A stretch of DNA of 64,000 nt from Bispira polyomma (taxonomy: Eukaryota). The position numbers and the translations under genes are program-made. The notes beneath the pieces were generated by a model. It ran no database searches, was not told where the DNA came from, and worked only from the letters and a program-made list of their open reading frames with translations. The stretch spans positions 9,176,001 to 9,240,000 of the forward strand of contig OZ287757.1 in assembly GCA_965649765.1 (NCBI GenBank), given 5' to 3'. This document shows, piece after piece, positions 52,848-62,243 of this stretch; within the stretch, counting starts at the first letter, position 1, and each line of letters begins with the position of its first letter.

Positions 52848-55564
52848 GGACAATACCGTCAGCCAATCAGCGAATCGGAAGTGTATAGTATTAAGCAGGA
52901 AAGTAGTATAATTTGTGTCACTAGTAAGGAAGGTAAACAAATTAGTAGTAAAATAAATAATGATGATCTTAATGCCAAGACTAGTTCGAACATTGCCAAT
53001 AATGTTCACATGCAGGTAGTGGAGAACACACCAAGGGAGCATTATGATACTGTGAATGATTTAAAAAATTGTAGAAAGGTAGTTAATTGTTTACAGGAAA
53101 ATTTTGAAGATACTAATCCTATTTTATCAGTCAAGTTTTATGGTAAAGATACTGGTTGTACTACCGGTGAAACTATTCAAGTGCATATATCTGTTACAAA
53201 TTTATCTGAAATTTCTAGTTACGGGGGAGTCAAAGCCCCAGTGGTTTATATTCAGAGTGAAAATAAGAACTTTAGCAAGGGCTTCTATTGCCTTTGTCAC
53301 TGTGCTACATACAATTGTATGGTATATTCTCCAACAGTTGTTAATTCAACAGGTGAACTGCAGATTATAGATTCATATGAAGCTGAAATTTGGTGGGAAG
53401 ATAGCATAATAGGAAAAATTCAACCTAGCATTGCTAATTATTCTTATGATATCAGGCAACAAGCAAAAAATTGTTACTATTACCATGAAAGAGATTTGCA
53501 GTCCTCTGTTCAACATAATTATAACTATACTTCTTATATAGAAAATGTTATTGATGTCTTAATTAAGCAGTCACAGGCAGCAGATGTCTGTCATGTCAAA
53601 GATAGTCAAAATGTAAATAAAATGATTGTTAATAAAAGCAAGCAGGTAAAGGTGAGTAGTGACGACTTACCGTATTCACATACGCATCCGTCTGTCTTCT
53701 TCGAAAATTGTCATAGCACAAACATCCAGGTAGACAGAAATACTACCAGTTCTGGTAACACTGACATTAATAATCCAGACAAGACTACAGGATTCATGGC
53801 AATTTCTTCCACAAAATTTGAATTTATAGGTCCTGACAGGAAACCTGTGAACATTGACTCGGTAGGAAAAATGATTGAAATTGGCAAGTTGGTTAGTGAC
53901 ACTGAGGTTCCTAACTGCAAAAAAGCCAGGTATCCAATCATTTCAGGTTTGAACCCAAGTGCTTGGGAAAACATTTTTTCTGATTATCCTGACCAGCTGG
54001 TAATCCAGTATGTTAAATTTGGATTTCCTTTAAGTTTTACTAATCCTGATAGCTTAAACAATGTAAGAATAAAAAACCACTTCTCTGCTTTACAATACAC
54101 TAAGGCTGTAGGTCAATATCTAGACAAAGAGAAAGACATTGGAGCTATGTTGGGCCCAGTCAAAGCCATTCACTGTACACAATTACATTGTTCTCCATTA
54201 TTAACCCGTCTGAAAGATGTTGACAAAAGGCGAGTAATTTTGAATCTCTCTTATCCCCAGGGCGATTCCCTGAATGACAACGTTAACAAAGTACAGTTTG
54301 ACGGGGTAGAATTTTACATGAATGCTTTGTTTTTGATGCTCCCATTGTTTGGAATGGTCTTCCTGATGTGATTCGTGCTTCCCCCTCACTAGCCTGTTTT
54401 AGAAAGAAGCTTAAAACCCACTTGTACACTAAAGTATATCCACCTTAGTCTCAATCATCCCCCGGCGCGCTCTATGTTGCCGACCCTTTTTCTGTCCCTT
54501 GATTTTGGAAATTGGATAACTGTCTTTTGTGCTGGTGCGCCTTAGAGTCCCCTTTGTTAAGGGGAGATTAAGCGCAATAAAAGTCTAATTACAATTACAA
54601 TTACAATGAATAAGTCAGGTTTTAATTTACTTTGCTACATCGATGACTACATATGTATCACACCTAAACATAAGGCTAAGGAAGGCTTTGAAATTTTGAC
54701 AGATTTACTATGTAAATTAGGTCTCCCACAAACAGCGAGAAACTCACTCCATCCACACAGACTATGACATGTCTGGGCATAGATATTGATATACAGAAGG
54801 GCGCAATTTCTATCACTAAAGAAAAAATTACCCAAATTTGGGATCTATGTTTGGAAATTTATAATAAAAAATTTATTTCAAAAAACAAATTTCAATCCTT
54901 GTTAGGTAGTCTGCTGTACATTCACAAATGTGTGAAGCCAGCGCATACTTTCATAAATAGACTCTTAATAGCATTAAGAGGCAATACTGACAAGCGCATT
55001 AAGGTCAATGCGAACATGAAAAGTGATTTACAATGGTTTGTAAAATTTCTGCCTTCCTACAATGGAGTCACATATATTAACCCCACCATAGTTTTGCACG
55101 CTAACGAACTACATCTGGACGCTTGCCTCACAGGTTTTGGAGGCGTTTGGGGCGACCAGGTATATGCAACTCCGATACATAACGTTTACAACCGAGACTT
55201 AAATATTGCACATCTCGAGATGTTAAATATTATAATAGCTATTAGAATCTGGGCGAATGACTGGGCCCACAGCAAATTAAACATTCATTGTGATAACATG
55301 GCTGTAGTATTGGTTGTCGGATCCCAAAAGACTAAAGATGACTTCTTAGCACTCTGTTTAAGGAACTTGTGGCTAATAGCAGCAGTACATGATATAACAC
55401 TTACTATAGAACATATTCCTGGGAAACAAAATATTACAGCAGACGCTTTATCTAGAGTATACTCACCTAACCCTCCTTGTGTGGAAATGATGGAGGCATT
55501 AAACAATAATTTTTAATGGAAACAAGTTCCATTGGAACACTTTAACCTTAATTTATCTGTGTAA
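52848..55564 (+). pseudogene. pol: Pol (N-terminal unknown region, RT, RNase H), disrupted
   Basis: YVKFGFPL, CSPLLTR..KRRVILNLSYP, CYIDDY, LHLDAC, HLEMLN, CDNMAVV, ADALSR. Carries an L2 insertion, an RT-core deletion, a frameshift near 54730 and a premature TAA at 55514. Confidence 0.9.
54324..54605 (+). mobile_element. 5'-truncated L2 ((ATTACA)n family) inserted in F pol
   Basis: FDAPIVWNGLP..FRKKLKTHLY..YPP*, stem-loop and (ATTACA)3 tail; flanked by ATGAAT at 54318-54323 and 54606-54611. Confidence 0.9.
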
Positions 55565-55570
55565 TTGCAG

Positions 55571-56547
55571 GCTCTACCAACCTCAGTAGCCAATTTGTAG
55601 CCTCAGCCTGGAACAGAATTGACACTGCCATCAGACCAAAGACAGCTAGTGCTTATAAGTCACAATTTAGTACCTTTCTGGCATTTAATTATTTTGTTGG
55701 CATTTATCAAGTAACTGTACATTCAGTACTGGTATTTCTAGAGTATCTGGTTCAAGCAGGGTTATCACCCAGGGCTATAAACAACTATGTAGCTGCCATT
55801 AAATACATGATACAAAAATATCAACTAGACACTACACCAGTATCACACAAATACATTCAATTATTCTTGAGAAGCTTGACACATAATTCAGCTTTCAAGC
55901 CAAAACACAAAGGCATTTTCGACATACAACAACTGGCTAGTATTTCCAAGGCTTGCAATATTCTGGAAGATCAATTATTGTTCAGGGCTATATTCCTCAT
56001 GGCATTTTTTGCTTTCTTGAGACTGTCTAACATAGCAGCACACTCAAAATCGGCCTTTGACCCTACCAGACATTTCCTTAGGCAGGACCTATTATTTAGA
56101 CCACCTGGGGCACATATAACACTTAAGTGGGCGAAAAACTTACAAAACAGATCTGACACACACATAATACAGATTCCTGAACTTCACAATACTATATTGT
56201 GCCCTGTATTAGCTTTAAGGAAATTGCTTGCTTCCTGGAATCTTGCACACAGAGCACCATTATTTGCAACGGCTACCCAACCTTTCTACCCTGTGGTGGA
56301 TTCTCATGTGAGGGCAGCTCTCCAAAAAATTTTAGAACACATTGGCATTGAATACAAATCACATGGCTTTCATACTTTTCGAAGATCTGGAGCTACATAC
56401 GCATTCAACAATAATGTTTCATTACAGAATATAATGTCACATGGCTTATGGAGGTCTTCAGCTGTGTGGACCTACTTGCAACAGACTTCAGAAGCAGCTT
56501 CTGTTGTCCCCCTCACTTTTGTTTCCACCATTCCTCCTTCCTCTTAG
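55571..56547 (+). CDS. Tyrosine recombinase (intact frame, no ATG until 55807; probably a spliced 3' exon)
   Basis: Stop-free frame from 55552 to 56547. Catalytic set LRLSN, KWAK, HTFRR, HGLW, WTYL. Preceded by TAATTGCAG|G. Confidence 0.9.
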
Positions 56548-56555
56548 TTGGGCTT

Positions 56556-57983
56556 GGGTATCAAAAAATTTCAAAATAATTTTAAAATTTTTATTACTTT
56601 ACATCTTATCTGTACATGTACATATATACTAATGTGTAAAAAATAAAATCCTCAAACAGAGTTCCATTGACTTATAAATTCATTCCAACAAACTTCTTTG
56701 GGAATCATCTTAACTTATTGCTTTCACATCTTAGAACTTGGACTGAACATAGCCCTCGCTGTACCTGCATTCCTGACCTCTAAAATATTTTGTATTTGCT
56801 CTGATGCAAATTGTGACACCGTTAAATCATCATATGAAGAACTTTTCTTACTTATACCAACCAGACAACTCTCATTAGGCCACCTCACCTCACCTACAGG
56901 ACGTAGAGTAATATAGACTGACTCTAGGGTAGCTAGGCACTCTTAGGCTGTCACTAATGTCAGAAGTTCGCTTCAAGTACTTCAATAAATGATAAAATAT
57001 ATTTATAAACTGCAGTGCACTAGTATTGCTAAATAACAAAAAATTAATAATTTAGATTCTTACACCATTTACTTTCCCTTTTCCCCACCTACAGGATGTA
57101 GAGTAATATAGACCGGCTCCAAGGGAGCTGGGCACTCTTGGGCGGTCGCCATTATTAGAAGCTTGCTTCAAGTATTTAAAAATTGCTGGATATGTAGATG
57201 ATGTATGTGATTATAAATTTGTGTATTAGTTGTCTTAGTAAGGCAACTTTATTTGAATGGCCATGATTATGGCTTGATTAATGCCCAGTACAGGGGTAAT
57301 AGTGTTTATTCTAACAATCAGTTTATGCCAGGTTTATGGCCATGTACTGGGTTAGGAACTAGTTCGCTAGTATGTTCAGGGGAAAGATTCGGTTAGGCGT
57401 TGCCTTATGGATATATAACACACCCTGTGCTTCTGTTATGTCAAAGCGAGTTAAAATGGGGCTAGTCCCTCAGATTTTAATGAAGTTATTTTAATTATCT
57501 TAGTATATTATTATTATGTTGCTGGTAATAATTACTTGTATAAACACTATACAACATTATAGTATTATGTCTTGCATACGTGATCCTACTGTATTATTTG
57601 ATGAAGGGATCTTAATGTTAATATTCTATGTTATTGGTATGGCACTTGTTAGCGGGTATCAAAAAATTTCAAAATGATTTTAAAATTTTTATTACTTTAC
57701 ATCTTATCTGTACATGTACATATATACTAATGTGTAAAAAATAAAATCCTCAAACAGAGTTCCATTGACTTATAAATTCATTCCAACAAACTTCTTTGGG
57801 AATCATCTTAACTTATTGCTTTCACATCTTAGAACTTTGCCTGAACATAGCCCTCGCTGTACCTGCATTCCTGACCTCTAAAATATTTTGTCTTTGCTCT
57901 GATGCAAATTGTGACACCGTTAAATCATCATATGAAGAACTTTTCTTACTTATACCAACCAGACAACTCTCATTAGGCCACCT
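56556..57983 (+). repeat. 330-bp direct repeat (56556-56885 and 57654-57983) flanking a 768-bp unrelated segment
   Basis: Offset 1098 bp with four mismatches noticed. The repeat spans the F right end and 137 bp of antisense gag. Confidence 0.92.
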
Positions 57984-58815
57984 GTACTGGGGGTCTGTAG
58001 TGCATTTTTCGGATGTGTTAAAATGTCCTAATCTTTTCTTTGAATAAAGCTTACTATGTAAGATGTCATCCGACGCCATGGACTCATACTGGGCCAACCT
58101 GTGATTCACCTCATTCTGTATAAGCGCAGAATGTTGTAAGATGTCATTAGAGGGGTGTATGTCGCGAACTGATTTGTGTGACAACTCCTGTGGCCACTGT
58201 CATTTGAGCGAGTGCTGGGCAGGCCTGTCTGAGTTAATGGGTGTTCTGTATGTACCCCACTGAGGTACATACAGAGGTTCTCTCGCTTGATGAGCTTCTT
58301 GCGAGTGCGAGCTACCGAGGGTGGGAAGTCCCTGCTGCCAATCATCCTGGCGGCATGAATTTGGTCTTGAGTGCCGGGTTGGCACGGCGAGCGTTGGTTG
58401 TGAACTAGTAACGAGTTGACGCGTACGTTTCTGAGGGGGAAATCTAGAACTCAGGGTAATATCAGCATTGTAACTCACATTTCTTTGTAGGTTGTCCTCA
58501 TGCACTCCTGTACCAGATGATTTCATGATGTCCTCGTGAATGGCAGGCTCCCTGTCCTTGGCTTTCAATTGGGTGATGTCCTTCTGTTGTGTGGATACTG
58601 ATTTGAGGCTGGTATCCATCATCGCTTCCTGCTTTCTACACATACGTTCATACATAAAAGTACCATTATCATCTTCACTTGGTACTTCATCATTAGCCTC
58701 TATTTCGTTGTCACTAATAATTCCTTCCGTGACTACAGTTTTTAACACTTGATTTCTTACACACCTTTTGCCTACAGGCCGTTCGTGTTTAATTTCACAT
58801 TTGTAGACCTTCCTT
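57847..58815 (-). pseudogene. DIRS/Ngaro-type gag N-terminal half (element E)
   Basis: CEIKHERPVGKRC (~58760-58800), IQNEVNHRLAQYE, DPQYRWPNESCLVG..SYDDLTVSQFA..NILEV. Confidence 0.82.
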
Positions 58816-58849
58816 TAAGGATTTCCTCTGATTGGTCCTAAGCAATTAG

Positions 58850-59850
58850 GTTACAAGTGTGTGAATATAAATACAGTAAACCCTCTGCTTTCTGCAACTG
58901 ACTTGTCATGCTCCCAATCCCTGCAGTGACTTACAATAGTTCCCACCCAAGTTGACACTGGAGCACGTCCCACCGCTGCTGCTGGATTAACCACTGCTTG
59001 TACTTGCACTGGGGCCCCGTACTGATCCAGATAAGGCATTATGGTGTTAAAGTTCATGTCACGCTGAATCTTATCCCCCATCATGTTCTGTGGTTACACT
59101 CCCGTCTGGTCTGGTGTCATCCAGCCCCAAGCCACGCTCTATTGTACTGGTTGGTAATTATGTCCTGCTACGGGTCCCATCCGATATATGCTTTGTGTTT
59201 CTCCTGCTTGCACAAGAGTCCCGTCCTGCAAACCCCCTGGCTGGTCAACTGTGGAGATCTCACCATTATCTGTTAACACGACCTCCTCTCGTGATTTGCT
59301 TCTTTTAGTCTTAGGGGTCTGTGCTTTACGTGGTTTACTTGTGGGTTCCTTGAAAACTACCGCAGTGTCACTAAATGTCTGTTTTACCCTTAAGTCTGTT
59401 TTCTCCTCTGTCACATACCCTTGCCCATCCAAAAACAAAGGCTCACTGTCATCCGACATGTGTCTGTGTCTATTACGTTTCTCTTTATGTGCCACGTCTC
59501 CAAGCTCACTGGTGTTCTCATTGTGCCTTTTATCTAGCCTCCCCACATGGCTTGTCCACCTTGGCTGTCATTTTTGTCATTCTTTTTGCCATAGAGCCTA
59601 ACTATTCACCAAAGTTCTGTATTGTGGACATAAGAGCTGTCATCACTGAATCGCTCTGTTTGGTGGCCTCATTCACACTCTCCTTCTCGGCGTGATCCTG
59701 CCGCCCTACCTCCTTCCAGTTCAAATCTAATTAAAAATAAACAGAGATACCGCCACTAAAAATGCTTCAAATAATGAACTATCACAGGTCGCGATGCCAT
59801 TTAAATAGCCAGCTGCATGCTGTGATTGGCCGATAGGTATTGGCGGACTA
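58850..59850 (-). mobile_element. Probable 5' end of another retroelement: promoter plus degenerate charged/low-complexity ORF
   Basis: Consecutive minus-strand ORFs 59139-59546 and 58851-59084 lie downstream of a CCAAT/TATA/Inr cluster; no diagnostic motif. Confidence 0.35.
59772..59843 (-). promoter_or_regulatory. Putative Pol II promoter: CCAAT x2, TATTTAAA, Inr
   Basis: CCAAT at 59843-59839 and 59829-59825, TATTTAAA at 59807-59800, TCATT at 59777-59773 (+1 A 32 nt from TATA). Confidence 0.5.
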
Positions 59851-59944
59851 GATCATTATTTGGCCTGGTCCATTTTGACTGAGTCTTAATCCAAATCGAT
59901 GAAGTTACACACATACCCAAAAAACGGGCTCGTTTAAAATCATT

Positions 59945-60120
59945 TAAAGCTGCAGCACATGTGAAGTGGAATGGTCTCCCTACTAGTCTGCATACTATGA
60001 CAAAGATTACAGGATTCCGGGAAAAGCTTAAAACACATCTGTAGCAACTCACTTTTCTACCTTAACATTTGTCTCATGATCACAAACCTTTGCAATGGGC
60101 TCATGATTTACAGTGCTTCA
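59945..60120 (+). mobile_element. L2 3' fragment
   Basis: AAAHVKWNGLPTSL..GFREKLKTHL. Confidence 0.65.
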
Positions 60121-60885
60121 ATTGCTGGTTTCTTTCACCTTTAAATCTGGCCATCTTGATATGATGTAATCTCTTGAAAGCGTAGTGAACCACAACTAAA
60201 TTCCAATTCTTTGAATCAGCTGACTTTGTGGGCTATACCAAGCAATTTAAAAGTCATAAATATAATGTTTTACGTACATAAGCAACCAATAAGCAAAAAC
60301 ACCGAACAGCTGTCTGTTTGAGTTTAAATTAAATGTAGCCAAAATCAAATAGCTTTGACAAGTCAAATGTATACATTTGGCCATATGTGTTCAATAGTGA
60401 AGAACAATCTCCTGTAATATTAATGGGTATTAAATTACACCTGGCCAACTTTTGCACTGAGTTTACTTTTTCCAAAAGAAGGTACACTTAATTACGTCGT
60501 TAAAAATAATGATTAAATGAATGTGATATATGACATCTAAATATGGTTAACTCTTAGGGTGGTGTAAGTAGGATAGGGTACTTGCTTTCTCTTTGAAAAT
60601 AGGGTACTCTGTCCTTACAATACCTTCATAACTGTACACCATTTTTAGAGGAAGAATATCTATCCTAACATAAACAGTCTGGCATTATTTTTCAAACTAT
60701 TTTGCAGTATTTTCTGGAAACCTTTAAAAAAGAGGAAAACTTTAAGATCTTCGTCACCGTACTCCATTTTTAAACAGAGAACCTATCCTAACACATAAAT
60801 AATAAATAGAAAATTTTTATTTCAAAAATAGTTTTTTTATTAGCCATCAAACCGAGAAGGCTACACAAAGAACAGTCTGGCATTA

Positions 60886-60930
60886 TTTTTTGCATGATTA
60901 TGCCAATGCTTATTGGCATAATCATGCTAT
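60886..60930. repeat. Perfect 16-bp inverted repeat (likely Helentron/HINE 5' end)
   Basis: GCATGATTATGCCAAT-GCTT-ATTGGCATAATCATGC (60892-60927), after a T run and followed by TAT. Confidence 0.7.
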
Positions 60931-61246
60931 CCCGGAGAAAAAGCGGGGGAATAGTTGAAGAACCTTAGTTACGAATGGCAACATCATGTCAACAGGGCAA
61001 TCTCTGTCGGGAGTTGTGCTTTTATATTTGGAATATATACACTCTCTGGTCTCAAGTTGGTCAAAAATTTATTTGGCTTGATTATATGGGGTATAGTATA
61101 AGTTATTCAAGTTTTATATATTGTCAGATTTGATTGAAGGGTCCTTTCCCACTTCAAACAGCATGACACACATGGTATTCTATGTGTGTGTGTATGTATA
61201 CACTGTTAGGTACAACAAGTGAATGACATCACAGCCTAGAGATCAA

Positions 61247-61249
<3 letters not shown>

Positions 61250-61282
<33 letters not shown>
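61250..61282. repeat. (GT)n microsatellite
   Basis: Uninterrupted GT run. Confidence 0.95.
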
Positions 61283-61283
<1 letters not shown>

Positions 61284-61762
61284 CTGGGGTTATGCACTTG
61301 TCAGTTCTCATACATATACGGCTGGTCACAGTATTTGGCTTGATTATAATCTCTTTAATTTTTTGACTGTTTTGATTATTTTTATTAATTTCATACCATC
61401 TAATCATATATATATACATATATATATATTAAAAATGCTTTAAGCTTAAAGCAATCATTTATTGGTGTACGTTTAAAACAACAACACATACATTTAGTTC
61501 TACCCTAACTATAAAAACTGGCCTTAAAAGTTGAAACTGTTATAACTGAACATAATTTTGACAACCAGTGTACTGCTGTAAAATGAAAGCAAAGTCCAAC
61601 ACCTCCCTTTTCATATACATACACTGATGGTCACAATGTGTGTTTAGGTCATGGTTGGATCATTTTATTGTTTGTTGGCTCTTTTTATTAATTTAAACAC
61701 AACATAAATATCTGTTAAACTCGACTTCAACTAAGTTGTCTATTTACCTTAAATCACTATAC

Positions 61763-62243
61763 TTTTTAGGCGGCTTGCGTGTAACAAACCCGCCTATTAG
61801 ATTGATGTGTCTGACATCTGCCATCTGTCCATCAATATTTTAATTTCCTGACATTCAAAGGAAAACTATTGGAGGTATCATCACCAAATTTTTTGTGGAG
61901 GTGTATCAATAGCTTAGTTGGGATTGTACTTGGGCCCATTCTGAAAAAAAAGATGGCCGCCATGGCCGCCATTTTGAAAATAGTTTCCGGACATTTAAAA
62001 AAGTATTACAACTATCATCACCAAATTTGTTGTGGAGGTGCATCTAGTCAATAGCTTGGTTGGGATTGTATTGCGGCCCATTCCGAAAAACTAGATGGCT
62101 GACGTTTTGCTCATTTAAAAGAAAAGTATTGCAGCTGTCATTACCAAATTTGTTTTGGACGTGTATTATGTTAATAGCTTGGTTGGGATTTGACTGCTGC
62201 CAATTGCCCAACCCGCCTTTTTGGGGTCTATAACTCCACTTGT
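61763..62243 (+). mobile_element. Helentron-associated non-autonomous element (HINE/DINE-1/pearl-like) with internal tandem repeats
   Basis: TTTTTAGGCGGCTT..AACCCGCCTA 5' subterminal IR, decayed (GTCY) tract, ~2.5 units of a 120-140 bp repeat, 3' subTIR AACCCGCCT (62210-62218), terminal hairpin GGGGT-CTATA-ACTCC. Confidence 0.8.

Larger units (their letters stand above)
51171..56748 (+). mobile_element. Nearly complete YR retrotransposon (element F), gag-pol-YR, 11-bp terminal inverted repeats
   Basis: GTTCAGTCCAA (51171-51181) ... TTGGACTGAAC (56738-56748). Intact gag and YR frames; RT/RNase H disrupted; no methyltransferase domain (Ngaro-like domain content). Both flanks are antisense gag of other elements. 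Confidence 0.9.

Noticed and set aside
55571-56547. Phage/integron integrase or bacterial contamination
   Set aside because: It lies directly downstream of gag and RT-RNase H in DIRS/Ngaro order, amid LINEs and SINEs.
56556-57983. Ngaro/PAT split direct repeats (B1-A2-B2)
   Set aside because: The middle segment does not match the F 5' end, and the repeat includes antisense gag of another element that continues seamlessly after copy 2.
56698-58047. Duplicated small plus-strand ORFs (MGIILTYCF...)
   Set aside because: Antisense shadows of gag within the 330-bp duplication, with TTG starts.
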